From Candidatus Rokuibacteriota bacterium (GTDB lineage Bacteria; Methylomirabilota; Methylomirabilia; Rokubacteriales; CSP1-6), in the NCBI GenBank assembly GCA_023249095.1, contig JAHFDK010000012.1, positions 91-64,090 on the forward strand: a DNA stretch of 64,000 bases, in the 5' to 3' direction. The position numbers were made by a program, and so were the translations under genes. Positions within the stretch are counted from its first letter, which is position 1; each line of letters starts with the position of its first letter. Shown here one piece after another: positions 31,205 through 43,129 of the stretch. The notes below the pieces were generated by a model, which had not been told where the DNA came from, searched no databases, and worked only from the letters and a program-made list of their open reading frames with translations.

Positions 31205-33297
31205 CGGCGGGCCAGCGTCAGCGTCGCGACGAGCTCGCGCTCGTCGTCGGCGCCCACGTCGAGACGCCAGACGAGCAGAAGCGCAGTGCCTTGATAGATC
31301 CGCTCGAACCCGGCTTCGGAGACTGACACCGTTTCGACTGGACCCCAGGCGAGCTCGGCCGCGGGGCTCCACCGAAGCGTGGCTTCGACGCCCGCCCACT
31401 CGTCCACCAGCGCCACGGCGGAGAGGGCCTCCACGCGACCGGAGCTGCCGAGCGAGGGACGGTTGGCGAGGTCGAGATACCGGTCCGGCGCATTCCCCGC
31501 TGTGAGCGCCAGGTTCCACTGCACCGCCCAGCGTCCGGTGAGCCGCCCCCCCGAGACGGGCCGCAGGCGGTAGCCGACCTCGATCGTCGCATCGCGGATC
31601 GTCACCCGCTTCTCGACGGCGAGGGGCGCCTCCGGCGTGGGCGCGCGCGCGAGCACGACGGCGACACCGTCGGCCACCGCCTGCACGACACAGTCCAACC
31701 TCTCGCCGCCGACCACGGCGCGGGCGAGCGCCCAGGGGGCGACGGGATCGAGCGGCGTGGTGTCGTCCTCGAAGAACCCTTCGATCAGCGACCCACGCCG
31801 GAGCTCGTCGTAGGCAAGCAGGGCGTCGAGCCCGGCTTCCTTGGCCGTGGCGGCTTCGTGGATCGTCCTCGCCGAGGCTGATGGGCCCGCGACGGCGCGC
31901 GCCCGCACCTGATCGTGATACGTCTCGAAGCGGCGCGCCAGGACATCGGCGATGTCGAGTCCTGCTGGAAAATAGCCGAGCTCGGTGATCATGCCCCCGG
32001 CGTCGGGCTCCAGCGTGACGGCGAGCGCGCTCGTCCGAACGTACACTTCCGCGCGTCCGTCGCCGTTGCCGTCCTCGCGCGTCCAGCTGAGCCCGGGCGC
32101 GACGCCCGCCTCGATCAGCGACCGCTCGGCTTCCAGCAGAGCCGTCTTCACCGCTCGGCGCAGGTGCGGAAGGTAGCAGCCGCCGAACACGCCGTGCCAG
32201 TACGCGTCGTTGGCCTGCCCGCGCCAGAGCGCGACCTGGCCCCGGGCGAGCCGCGCGTCATCGGGGCGTTGAGCGAGGCCGGCGCGGATCGCCCGCGAGA
32301 GGCGGAGCATCTTCCAGTGCGTGTCGGCGACTTCGGGGTATTTGACGAGGAAGCTCCGCCAGAAGCCGCCGCGGAGCAGGCCCGCCAGCCGCTCGCCGTC
32401 GGCGAGGCCGCGGATCTCGTCCCGGGCCGCCGCGAGCGCGCGCGCAGCCTCGGCCGGCAGCGCCCAGTCCCCCATCTCCCGGTACGAGGCGGTCGGCAGC
32501 GAGACACGCCCGCTCGCCGGAAGGCGCTCGACGACGTCGGCGAGCGTCGTCAGCTCGAGCCAGCTCGTGGACAGGAGGCGGTCGAAGAAGCGATCGAGCC
32601 ATCCCCCGGTGTATACGCGGGCGTGGGTGCCGGGCCAGACTCCGAACTTCTCTCCGTCGTCGACCATGGTGAGCGCCGACACAGTCGCCCGACGTCGGTC
32701 CAGGTAGTCGAGGGTCTTGTCCACATCGGCGAACGGGATCAGGTACCGCAGCGGCTGGCTGATCGGGAAGACGCGGAGGCTGGCGCCTTGCTCGTCCGTC
32801 AGGTAGTACCCACCCAGAGCATCCGCGTCCAGACCGGCGAGAGCGAAGTGGTGGTCGTCGAGAAGCACGTACTCGACCCCGGCCTCACTCAGCACGCGCG
32901 GCAGGTGCGGTTCCCAGACGCGCTCGGCCAGCCACATCCCGCGGGGGCGTACACCGAAGTGCGCCTTGAGGAACTCCGTCAGCCGTTCGATCTGACCGAC
33001 CTTGTCATGGTCGGGCAGCACGGCGAGGATCGGCTCGTAGAATCCGCCCGTCAAGAGTTCCACCTGCCCGCGTGCGGCGATGGTGCCGAGGAGGTCGAAG
33101 GTGCGGGGCGCCGAGTCGCGCAGCCACTCCAGGAGGCCGCCCGTACAATGGATGCTCATCCGGACCTCGGGGCGCGCGTCGAGCCGCTCGAGGAACGGTC
33201 GGTAGGCGCGTTCCGTCGCCTCGACGAGGACGTGGTCGAAGTTGCCGATCGGCTGGTGGTTGTGGACGCCGAAGCAGAACGCCAGCCGGTCCATCAC
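31201..33297 (-). CDS. Glycoside hydrolase family 57 alpha-amylase/4-alpha-glucanotransferase-like protein
   Basis: 698 aa. N-terminus [20 protein letters not shown], with ..WLAERVWEP.. and the DDGEKFG motif typical of GH57. Confidence 0.85.
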
Positions 33298-33310
33298 ACC
33301 CGCACGGCTC

Positions 33311-34180
33311 TCACTCCCGCTGGAGGTCGCGGTGCACGACGGTCGGCGTGTAGCCGATGCCGCTGAGGAACCGCTTGAGCTCCTCCGCGATGGTCACGGA
33401 CCGGTGGTGGCCGCCGGTACAGCCGATCGCGACCGTCAGATACGCCTTCCCCTCCCGCTCGTAGCAGGGCAGGACGAACCTCAGGAAGTCCTCGAGGCGG
33501 CGGAGCAGCTCCTTGCTCTCCGGGTGGTTCAGCACGAAGGTGCGCACGCGCTCGTCACGACCGTCCAGCGCGCGCAGGGCATCCACGAAGTGGGGGTTGG
33601 GCAGGAAGCGGACGTCGAACACGAGGTCGGCGTCGAACGGGACCCCGTGCTTGAAGCCGAACGACACCAACGAGGGCGCGAGCCCGGGCCGAGCCTTCGG
33701 CGCGACGTAGAGCTCGACGAGCCGGTCCTTGAGCTGGTGGACGGTCAGCGCGGAGGTATCGACGATCCGGTCGGCGACTTCGCGGAGGTCGGACAGCGCC
33801 TTGCGCTCGGCACGGATCCCGTCGAGCGCGTTACCGTCGCCGGCCAGCGGATGGCGCCGTCGCGTCTCGTGATAGCGGCGCACCAGGGCCTCCTCGCTCG
33901 CCTCCAGGAAGAGGACCTCGACGGCGTGGCCGCGCGTCCTGAGCTCACGGATGATGTCGAGCAGACGCGAGAGGTACGCGCCCTCGCGAACGTCGACGCC
34001 GAGCGCCACGCGGTGGATGGGCTGCTCGGAGCGCATGATCAGGTCGGCGAAGGTCGGAATGAGCGTCGTGGGCAGGTTGTCGACGCAGAAAAACCCCATG
34101 TCCTCGAAGCACTTGATCGCGAAGCTCTTGCCCGCTCCGCTCAGCCCCGTGATGACCACGAACGACAGGGGCGCCGGCAT
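33311..34180 (-). CDS. rapZ: RNase adapter protein RapZ
   Basis: 289 aa. Has the P-loop ITGLSGAGKS, CVDNLP, and C-terminal GCTGGHHRSV. Confidence 0.9.
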   Translation of the reverse strand: MPAPLSFVVITGLSGAGKSFAIKCFEDMGFFCVDNLPTTLIPTFADLIMRSEQPIHRVALGVDVREGAYLSRLLDIIRELRTRGHAVEVLFLEASEEALVRRYHETRRRHPLAGDGNALDGIRAERKALSDLREVADRIVDTSALTVHQLKDRLVELYVAPKARPGLAPSLVSFGFKHGVPFDADLVFDVRFLPNPHFVDALRALDGRDERVRTFVLNHPESKELLRRLEDFLRFVLPCYEREGKAYLTVAIGCTGGHHRSVTIAEELKRFLSGIGYTPTVVHRDLQRE

Positions 34181-34184
34181 CGCG

Positions 34185-34511
34185 CTAGGCTCCGGACGTG
34201 ATCGCGCCCGCCGGGCGGCGGGATCGCGCGCGCCGCCGGCGCGTCCGCGCCTCGCACATCTGTCGGCAGAGGCTGTCGATGGCGCCCTCCACGGCTGTCA
34301 GCAGATGGTCGGCGCTCGCCGCGCTCGAGAAGCTGCGCTGGCGCGTGCGCGCGACGAGCCGTGCCGTCCGCTGGAACCGCTCCGAGCCGCAGGTGACCCG
34401 CAGCTCGAGCGTCGACGACCCGACCCGCGCGAGCTTCTCGACCTTCCGCCCGACCAGGGCCTTGAACGCCGTCGTCAGCACCACCCCGCGCCCGCTGATG
34501 ATGAGCTGCAT
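34185..34511 (-). CDS. hpf: Ribosome hibernation-promoting factor / sigma-54 modulation protein (short form)
   Basis: 108 aa from MQLIISGRGVVLTTAFKALVGRKVEKL (ATG compl. 34509-34511). It lies directly after rpoN. The upstream part of the track ORF overlaps rpoN. Confidence 0.75.
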   Translation of the reverse strand: MQLIISGRGVVLTTAFKALVGRKVEKLARVGSSTLELRVTCGSERFQRTARLVARTRQRSFSSAASADHLLTAVEGAIDSLCRQMCEARTRRRRARSRRPAGAITSGA

Positions 34512-34545
34512 GGGGGCTCTCTCCTCGTGGCCCGCGGCTGGCGCC

Positions 34546-36006
34546 TCACCGCTTCCGCGGCGTGAGACGCCGCTGGTGCGAGGGCAGGATGCCGAGCTCC
34601 TCGCGGTACTTGGCGACCGTGCGGCGCGCGATCGTGAGACCACGCTTCTGGAGCGCATGCGCGACTTCCTGGTCGGACTGCGGCTTTGCCGAGTCTTCGG
34701 CGGCCAGGATGTCCTGGATCATCTTCTTGACCGAGACCGACGACACCATCTCCCCGTCGCCCGACGCGATGCCGCTGTGGAAGAAGAACTTCAGCTCGAA
34801 CAACCCCTGCGGGGTTTCGACGTACTTGTTCGTCGTCACGCGGCTGATCGTCGACTCGTGCATCCCGATGTCCTCGCCGACGTCGCGCAGCGATAGCGGG
34901 CGGAGGTGGGGCAACCCCCGGTCCAGGAACTCGCGCTGAAATTTGACGATCGACTGCGTCACCTTACGCAGGGTCCGCTGGCGCTGGTCCACGCTCTTGA
35001 TCAGCCACAGCGCGGAGCGCAGCTTTTGCTCGACGTACTGCTTCGCCTCGTCCCCGGAACCGGCGCCCCGGAGGAGCGATCGATAGAGCGAATTGACCCG
35101 GAGGCGTGGGATGCCGTCCTCGTTGAGGACGATGGTGTAGTCGTTGCCGAGCTTGTACACGAAGACGTCGGGCACGATGTAGCGCGAGTCGTTGCCGCCG
35201 AATCGGCGGCCGGGCTTGGGTTCGAGGCCCATGATTTCCTCGACCGACTCCATGATCCGATCGACGGGAAGTTTCATGGCCCGCGCGATGTCCTGGTAGC
35301 GCCGGCGACTCAGGTCGTCGAAGTACGCCTCGATGATCTCGACCGAGACCGGGTCGGGGAGCGGGTCGCGCTTCAGCTGGAGCAGGAGGCACTCCTGGAT
35401 CGATCGCGCCGCCACGCCGGGAGGGTCGAAGCCCTGCACGAGCTCGAGGACCCGGGCCACCTCCTCGGCGGTGGCCCCGCACCGCTGGGCGATGTCCTCG
35501 AGCTCGGCCCGGAGGTAGCCGTCCTCGTCGAGGTTGCCGATGATCTGCGCGCCGATCCGCCGAACGGCGGCGTCCTCCGACGCGTAGCGCAGCTGTTCCT
35601 CGAGATGGTCGGCCAGCGAGAGGTGGGTGCGGACGACGTTCTCGAACGGTAGGTCTTCGCGATCCTCCTGCGAGACCAGCGAGCGCTCCTCGTGGTCATC
35701 ATCGGCCGACATGACCGCGTTGAAATCGAACGGGAGCTCGTCCGTCTGGCGTTCGGTGGTCGGCGGCGCCTCCGTGACCTGCTCGACCGTCGGCGCCGGC
35801 GGCGAATCGGGAGTCACGGGCGCGTCGGTGGGCTCCGGCGTGTCCGGCGTGACCTCTTCGAGCAGCGGATTCTCGAGCAGCTCCTTCTGGACGACGTCCT
35901 GGAGCTCGAGCGTGGAGAGCTGCAGAAGCTGGATCGCCTGCTGCAGGAGCGGCGTCATGACGACACGCTGGCTCTGCCGTAACGAGAGGCGCGCCTCCAT
36001 GGCCAT
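34546..36006 (-). CDS. rpoN: RNA polymerase sigma-54 factor
   Basis: 486 aa. Starts MAMEARLSLRQSQRVVMTPLLQQAIQLLQLS and has the RpoN box ARRTVAKYREELGI. Confidence 0.95.
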   Translation of the reverse strand: MAMEARLSLRQSQRVVMTPLLQQAIQLLQLSTLELQDVVQKELLENPLLEEVTPDTPEPTDAPVTPDSPPAPTVEQVTEAPPTTERQTDELPFDFNAVMSADDDHEERSLVSQEDREDLPFENVVRTHLSLADHLEEQLRYASEDAAVRRIGAQIIGNLDEDGYLRAELEDIAQRCGATAEEVARVLELVQGFDPPGVAARSIQECLLLQLKRDPLPDPVSVEIIEAYFDDLSRRRYQDIARAMKLPVDRIMESVEEIMGLEPKPGRRFGGNDSRYIVPDVFVYKLGNDYTIVLNEDGIPRLRVNSLYRSLLRGAGSGDEAKQYVEQKLRSALWLIKSVDQRQRTLRKVTQSIVKFQREFLDRGLPHLRPLSLRDVGEDIGMHESTISRVTTNKYVETPQGLFELKFFFHSGIASGDGEMVSSVSVKKMIQDILAAEDSAKPQSDQEVAHALQKRGLTIARRTVAKYREELGILPSHQRRLTPRKR

Positions 36007-36026
36007 GAGGGTTCTCTCGCCTCCCC

Positions 36027-36749
36027 CTAAAGCGCGAACCGGTCGCCGAGATAGATCTCACGGGCGACGGAGTTGTTGGCGATCTCGGTCGCGGTGCCGG
36101 CGACCAGGATCTTGCCGTCATAGAGAATGTAGGCGCGGTCGGTGATGGCGAGGGTCTCACGCACATTGTGGTCCGTGATGAGAATGCCGATGCCGCGCTC
36201 CCGAAGCCGGCCGACGATCTGCTGGATGTCGCCGATCGCGATGGGATCGATGCCCGTGAACGGCTCGTCCAGCAGGAGGTATTGGGGCGAGGTCACGAGC
36301 GCGCGCGTGATCTCGAGGCGGCGGCGCTCGCCTCCGGAGAGCGTGTAGGCAGGGTAGCGGGCGAGCGCGCTGAGGTCCAGCTCGCCCAGGAGCTCGCGCG
36401 CGCGCTCCCGGCGCTCAGCGCTCGACAGGTCGAGCGTCTCGAGGATTGCGAGCAGATTTTCCTCGACCGTCAGCTTCCTGAACACGGACGATTCCTGCGG
36501 CAGATAGCCGACGCCCATCCGGCACCGCTGGTACATCGGCAACGACGTGATCTCGTTGCCCTCGAGAAAGATCCGACCACCGTCTGCCGGAAGCAGGCCG
36601 ACCATCATGTAGAACGACGTCGTCTTTCCCGCGCCGTTCGGGCCGAGCAAGCCGACGATCTCGCCCCGCTGGATGTCGAGCGAGACAGCGTCGACGACCT
36701 TCCGGCTCTTGAACCATTTCATGAGCCCCTGCGCCACGAGACCTTCCAT
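36027..36749 (-). CDS. lptB: LPS export ABC transporter ATP-binding protein
   Basis: 240 aa. Walker A GPNGAGKTT, signature LSGGERRRLE, Walker B LLLDEPF. Confidence 0.95.
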   Translation of the reverse strand: MEGLVAQGLMKWFKSRKVVDAVSLDIQRGEIVGLLGPNGAGKTTSFYMMVGLLPADGGRIFLEGNEITSLPMYQRCRMGVGYLPQESSVFRKLTVEENLLAILETLDLSSAERRERARELLGELDLSALARYPAYTLSGGERRRLEITRALVTSPQYLLLDEPFTGIDPIAIGDIQQIVGRLRERGIGILITDHNVRETLAITDRAYILYDGKILVAGTATEIANNSVAREIYLGDRFAL

Positions 36750-36752
36750 GGG

Positions 36753-37310
36753 TCAGTTCCGGCAGGGCTCCGCCGACCGACGCCGGACGGCCTGGCCGTC
36801 CCGCTTGTCCTCGTCGCGGGAATAGAAGACCGCCTTGACCCGTTCCTGCTTGCCGCCCTGGACGATGGACCGGTCCTGAGAGATGAAGAGCGTGATCGTG
36901 TCGCCGGACACGACGTTGTCCTCTTCCCAGACCCGGGCGTTGCCGATGAGCATCACCCGTTGCTCGAGGTCGAAGTACTCCGCGCGCTGCGCCGTCCCGG
37001 TCCGGCAGTCTTTGGTGATGATCCGGACGCTTCCGGTCGAGACCGTTCGCAGAATCCGGTCTCCCTTCTCGTCGAGGTAGACCTCGACCCGGTCGGCGTA
37101 CTGGACGGAGTTGTCCCGGCGTGCCACGACGTTGCCGCTGAAGATGACGAGGTTCTCCTTGCCGAACCGTTCCATCCGGTCGGCGTCCACGGTGAGCGGC
37201 TGGGCCTTCTCGTCCTTCGCCTTCGCCCCGCCCGCCGCAGGCAGTTGGCCCGCCGCGAGCGCGGGCGCCAGGACGATGAGAACCGTCCCGAGGAGCGCCT
37301 GCCCTGTCAT
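36753..37310 (-). CDS. lptA: LPS transport periplasmic protein LptA (OstA-like)
   Basis: 185 aa from MTGQALLGTVLIVLAPALAAG (signal peptide). OstA-like repeats follow (FSGNVVARRDNSVQYADRVEVY...). ATGA overlap with the lptC stop. Confidence 0.75.
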   Translation of the reverse strand: MTGQALLGTVLIVLAPALAAGQLPAAGGAKAKDEKAQPLTVDADRMERFGKENLVIFSGNVVARRDNSVQYADRVEVYLDEKGDRILRTVSTGSVRIITKDCRTGTAQRAEYFDLEQRVMLIGNARVWEEDNVVSGDTITLFISQDRSIVQGGKQERVKAVFYSRDEDKRDGQAVRRRSAEPCRN

Positions 37311-37861
37311 TTGCCCGGGCCGTTGAAGATCGTACGGACGCGCCCGGCCAGTATCGTGGAGCCATCGGCCATCCTCACGTCGAGCGCCGTGCCGTCGGCG
37401 ATCGCGCCGTCGCGCGAGAGGCGCACTGGCGCGTCCGTCCAGAGTCGTCGCTCCGCGGCCTGCCAACGGAGCACGCTGGTTTCGAGCCGCAGGCCGTCGC
37501 TCGAGGTGACCACGACGTTGTTCCGGATTTCGATATTCCGGGTCGCGTGAAACAGGTCGCCTTCCTCACCCACGATCGTCCACGATCGGTCGTGCTCGAA
37601 CACCTTGACCGAGATTCTCCGAAGCGCCGTGCGTCCCTCGGCGTCGAAGATCAAGACCTGCTCGGCCGTGAGCCCCCAGCGCACGCCGCCGGCCTCCTCT
37701 TCGATCTGGGCATCCTTGATGCGGAGGTCGGCGCTCGAGACGGCTGGGCCGGTCGGTTCCACGGGCGCCGTTCGGCTCTTGGCGATCAGCGTGCCTGCCA
37801 CCAGGAGCACGAAGGCGAAGACCGTTCCGAGAATTCCGGCAGCCAGGCGATGTGTCTTCAT
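37307..37861 (-). CDS. lptC: LPS export system protein LptC
   Basis: 184 aa from MKTHRLAAGILGTVFAFVLLVAG (single N-terminal TM), followed by a beta-rich periplasmic domain. It sits in the conserved position between kdsD and lptA. Confidence 0.7.
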   Translation of the reverse strand: MKTHRLAAGILGTVFAFVLLVAGTLIAKSRTAPVEPTGPAVSSADLRIKDAQIEEEAGGVRWGLTAEQVLIFDAEGRTALRRISVKVFEHDRSWTIVGEEGDLFHATRNIEIRNNVVVTSSDGLRLETSVLRWQAAERRLWTDAPVRLSRDGAIADGTALDVRMADGSTILAGRVRTIFNGPGK

Positions 37862-37958
37862 CACTGTGTCGATTCTAAGGGGAAGTCCATGCGGAATGCA
37901 ATTTTGGTACCACGAAAGAACGACGCGGAGGGACGTAAAAGCGGAAACACCGTGAAAA

Positions 37959-38939
37959 CTATACGATCTTCGCCCGGAGGATGTCGTGCAGGTGGATGAT
38001 ACCAACGGGCCGGCGAGCCTGGTCGCAGATCACCAGGCTGGTGATCTGCCAGGTCTCCATCACCTCCAGCGCCTTCGCGGCCAGAGCGTCGGCGCAGATC
38101 ATCTTCGGGTCGCGACTGGCCACCTGGCCAGCCGTGAGGTCATCGATCGACCCACCTCGCAGGTAGAGCCGCCGGAGGTCGCCGTCGGTGATCACGCCCG
38201 CGAGCCGACCTTCCCCGTCGATGACGGTCGTCATGCCCTTGCGCTTCTGCGTCATCTCGATGATGACCTTCCGCAGGGGCGTCGTCTCGGGGACGATCGG
38301 CACAGCGTCCCCCATGAGCATCAGGTCCGCCACGCGGAACAGCGCCCGCCAGCCGAGCGTGCCGCGCGGGTGCAGCGCCGCGTAGTCCTCCGGGCGAAGG
38401 CCGCGCAGCTCGAGCAGCGCCAGGGCGAGTGCATCCCCGGCCGCGAGTGCGGCGGTCGTGCTCGATGTGGGCGCCAGATTCATCGGGCACGCCTCCTCCG
38501 GCACGCTCACATCCAGGACGACCTCGCACTGGCGGGCGAGCGAGGAGGTTGGATTTCCGGTGAGCAGGGCGATGGGCACCCCCAGCCGCTTGAGCGGCGG
38601 AAGAATCGCGAGCACCTCGTCAGTCTCGCCAGAGTTCGACAGCGCGAGCACTACGTCGCCGCGCGCCACCATGCCGAGGTCCCCGTGCACCCCTTCGGCG
38701 GGGTGCAGGAAGTACGCCGGTGTTCCCGTCGACGCGAGCGTCGCCGCGATCTTGCGTCCGATCAGCCCCGACTTACCCATGCCGGTCACGATGACCCGCC
38801 CGCTGCAGCCGCGGAGCAGCTCGACCGCGCGCTCGAAGCGCTCATCGAGCTTCGGGATCAGGCCGAGGATCGCCTCGGCCTCGAGCCGGAACACGCGCTC
38901 CGCGATCTTCCGCACGTCGGGCGTCCGCTCGGTGCTCAC
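37959..38939 (-). CDS. kdsD: Arabinose-5-phosphate isomerase (KpsF/GutQ family)
   Basis: 326 aa. SIS domain (VIVTGMGKSG) plus a C-terminal CBS pair. Confidence 0.9.
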   Translation of the reverse strand: MSTERTPDVRKIAERVFRLEAEAILGLIPKLDERFERAVELLRGCSGRVIVTGMGKSGLIGRKIAATLASTGTPAYFLHPAEGVHGDLGMVARGDVVLALSNSGETDEVLAILPPLKRLGVPIALLTGNPTSSLARQCEVVLDVSVPEEACPMNLAPTSSTTAALAAGDALALALLELRGLRPEDYAALHPRGTLGWRALFRVADLMLMGDAVPIVPETTPLRKVIIEMTQKRKGMTTVIDGEGRLAGVITDGDLRRLYLRGGSIDDLTAGQVASRDPKMICADALAAKALEVMETWQITSLVICDQARRPVGIIHLHDILRAKIV

Positions 38940-39817
38940 GGCTGGACCGCCGCCTCGATGGCTTGAAGTTGCCGCAGGAGCCGTGGCAGGTCGTCGATGC
39001 GCAGCATGTTCGGGCCATCGGAGAGCGGGCGGCCGTCCGGCAGCGTGCGGTCGGGATCCTCGTGCATCTCCATGAAGAGCGCGTCGACGCCGAACGCCAC
39101 CGCCGCGCGCGCGAGCGCAGGAACATACTTGCGCTCGCCGCCCGACCGGTCACCGGCGCCGCCCGGCAGCTGAACCGAGTGGGTCGCGTCAAAGACGACG
39201 GGGAAGCCGAGTGCCTGCATGTCCGCCAGGCCGCGCAGGTCGACCACCAGATTGTGGTACCCGAACGAGGTGCCACGCTCGGTGAGGAGGATCGAGCGAT
39301 TTCCCACCGAGAGGATCTTGTCGACGACGTTTTTCATGTCGCCCGCCGCGAGGAACTGCCCCTTCTTGACGTTCACCGGCTTCCCCGTCTGTGCCACGGC
39401 CAGGACGAGGTCCGTTTGCCGGCAGAGGAATGCGGGAATCTGCAGCACGTCGAGGACCTCCGCCGCCGGCGCCACCTCGGACACCTGGTGAACGTCGGAG
39501 AGCACGGGGACGCTGAGCGTGTCGCGCACCTTGCGGAGGATGCGGAGCCCCTCCCGAAGCCCCGGCCCGCGGTAGCCGTTGATCGACGACCGGTTGGCCT
39601 TGTCGTACGACGACTTGTACACGAACGGGACGCGGCGGTCGGCCGCGATCGTGGCCAACCGCTCGGCCGTCATCAAAGCGTGCTTCTCGTTCTCGATCGC
39701 GCACGGGCCGCCGATCAGCGCCAGCGGCGCGCCGCCACCGATCGTGAGGGCACCGATCCGGACGGCCTCGGTCGTGGGCTGGCCGCTCACGGCCTCACCT
39801 CGCACGGCCCCTGGCAT
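38936..39817 (-). CDS. kdsA: 3-deoxy-8-phosphooctulonate (KDO-8-P) synthase
   Basis: Contains ..IGGPCAIENEKHAL...FVYKSSYDKANRSS...KKGQF...FDATHSVQ. The ATG is at 39817. An alternative GTG at 39790 has a better SD (AGGTGAGG). The upstream 227 codons of the track ORF are a shadow over pyrG. Confidence 0.9.
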   Translation of the reverse strand: MPGAVRGEAVSGQPTTEAVRIGALTIGGGAPLALIGGPCAIENEKHALMTAERLATIAADRRVPFVYKSSYDKANRSSINGYRGPGLREGLRILRKVRDTLSVPVLSDVHQVSEVAPAAEVLDVLQIPAFLCRQTDLVLAVAQTGKPVNVKKGQFLAAGDMKNVVDKILSVGNRSILLTERGTSFGYHNLVVDLRGLADMQALGFPVVFDATHSVQLPGGAGDRSGGERKYVPALARAAVAFGVDALFMEMHEDPDRTLPDGRPLSDGPNMLRIDDLPRLLRQLQAIEAAVQP

Positions 39818-39855
39818 CTCGGATTTGAAGGGCTCGGCTCGGCCGTCGAACGGCC

Positions 39856-39870
<15 letters not shown>
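39789..39870. repeat. 21-bp perfect direct repeat flanking the pyrG-kdsA junction
   Basis: ACGGCCTCACCTCGCACGGCC occurs at 39789-39809 and 39850-39870. One copy covers the pyrG stop codon and the other lies inside the kdsA start region, in a different frame. Confidence 0.8.
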
Positions 39871-41475
<1,605 letters not shown>

Positions 41476-41476
41476 C

Positions 41477-43129
41477 TCATCCTCCTCTCGCTAACCATTG
41501 TCTGACGTGCTCCTCTTCCATGGCCCGGCTCGCCAGGGTCCCGTCGAGGCGTGCGTCCCTCACTTCGGCGAGCACGTGAGCCACCGCGGGGCCGCGCGGA
41601 ACACCGAGCGCGACGACGTCGTCACCGTTCAGGGACACCACGCGCGGGTCGAGGCCCACGAACCAGTCGAGCGCTTCGCGGAGGTCGCGCGCGCCCGTCA
41701 GCCAGAGCCAGGCGAGCTCCACCGGGGCGCACGCGCGGAGCTGGCGCGCGCGCGCGCTGTGCGCCGTGGCCCGGGCGAGCCGCGAGGCGAGCGCTCCGCC
41801 GGTCGCGAGCGCCCGCTCCAGGATGGCCAGCGGCCCGCCCGAGAACCCGAGTCGGGCGAGCGCCGCAGCGGCGACCGCCGACGGCTGGCCGCCGGCGATC
41901 GCGAGCGCGGCGAGTCCGACGGCGTCGACCTCGAGGGCGCGCCCGCGCGCCCAGGCCAGCGCTCGGGGAAGCTCGCCCAGACGGCGTCCGTTCGCCGCGG
42001 TGAACCGGTAGCCGGGATCGAGCAGGCGGAAGGCCCCGGAGCGCCCGAGCCCGGCGAGGATGTGCCCGGCCTGAGCCTCGTCCAGGACGCGCACGAGCTC
42101 GGCGGCGATCCGCCGGCCCGACAGCGCGGGATACGGGGCGAGGCGCAGCGCGAGCGTCTGCGCCCGGGCCGTAGACGGGTCGTGAGCGAGGCCGAGGCGG
42201 GCGGCGTACCTCGCGGCCCGGAAGATGCGAGTCGGATCCTCGACGTAGGAGAGCGGGTGGAGAGCGCACAGACGGCGCCGCGCCAGGTCGAGGCGCCCGC
42301 CGAGCGGATCGATCAGGTCGAACGCCCCCGACGATAGCTCGATGGCCATGGCGTTGACCGTGAAATCCCGCCGCCGCAGATCCTCGCCGATCCCCGCTGG
42401 CATCACGCGCGGGAGCGCCCCTGGAGACTCGTAGCGCTCCGACCGCGACGTCGTCACGTCGATCCGCCCGAACGCACTCGTTGCGATCGACGCCGTCAGG
42501 AACCGTCGGTGCTCCACGACTGAGCCGCCGACCGTGCGCGCGAGGCGGCGAGCCACGGCGACGCCATCGCCCTCGATGACGATGTCGAGGTCGCGCCGCA
42601 CGATCGGTGTGCCGCGCCACAGGTCCCGGACGAGCCCTCCCACGAGGAACGCGCGGCCGTCGTGTTCCTCCGCGATCCGGCCGATCGTCGTGAGAAGTTC
42701 CCGCACGTCCACCGGGAGGCCTTGATTCACTCGGCCGGCGGCCGATGCGTCGGCCAGCCCGGGGCCAGCGAGTCGGCCACTGACCGCACCGCCCGGACCC
42801 TTCGGGCTGCGCACCGCGACGAACGGAGCACCCGCGACGAGCAGGCGGCGCACGGTCGCCTCGCCGGCGCCTGGTTCGACGGCGGGAAGCGAGCGCGCGA
42901 TCTCCGCCGCGCGGAGCCCACCCAGCCCGAGCGACGCTCCCCGGACCAGGTCGTCGCGCAGCACGTACGCCGCACCCGCCGCGAGCAGGCCAGTGTTCCG
43001 CTTGCGCACGAGCGCCAGCGCGTCGGCCACCGTGATTCCTGCTGGAGCCACCGCGACTGCGACGTCAACGAGGTCGGCCGCTTCGAGGTTGACTTGCGGA
43101 TACACGTGCGCCCGCTTCGCCACGCTCAC
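41477..43129 (-). CDS. Poly(A) polymerase/tRNA nucleotidyltransferase (CCA-adding) family protein with N-terminal CBS-like region
   Basis: GTG start (compl. 43127-43129, GTGA overlap with the xerD stop). Nucleotidyltransferase motif [23 protein letters not shown] and RRDFTVNAM. Confidence 0.75.
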   Translation of the reverse strand: MSVAKRAHVYPQVNLEAADLVDVAVAVAPAGITVADALALVRKRNTGLLAAGAAYVLRDDLVRGASLGLGGLRAAEIARSLPAVEPGAGEATVRRLLVAGAPFVAVRSPKGPGGAVSGRLAGPGLADASAAGRVNQGLPVDVRELLTTIGRIAEEHDGRAFLVGGLVRDLWRGTPIVRRDLDIVIEGDGVAVARRLARTVGGSVVEHRRFLTASIATSAFGRIDVTTSRSERYESPGALPRVMPAGIGEDLRRRDFTVNAMAIELSSGAFDLIDPLGGRLDLARRRLCALHPLSYVEDPTRIFRAARYAARLGLAHDPSTARAQTLALRLAPYPALSGRRIAAELVRVLDEAQAGHILAGLGRSGAFRLLDPGYRFTAANGRRLGELPRALAWARGRALEVDAVGLAALAIAGGQPSAVAAAALARLGFSGGPLAILERALATGGALASRLARATAHSARARQLRACAPVELAWLWLTGARDLREALDWFVGLDPRVVSLNGDDVVALGVPRGPAVAHVLAEVRDARLDGTLASRAMEEEHVRQWLARGG

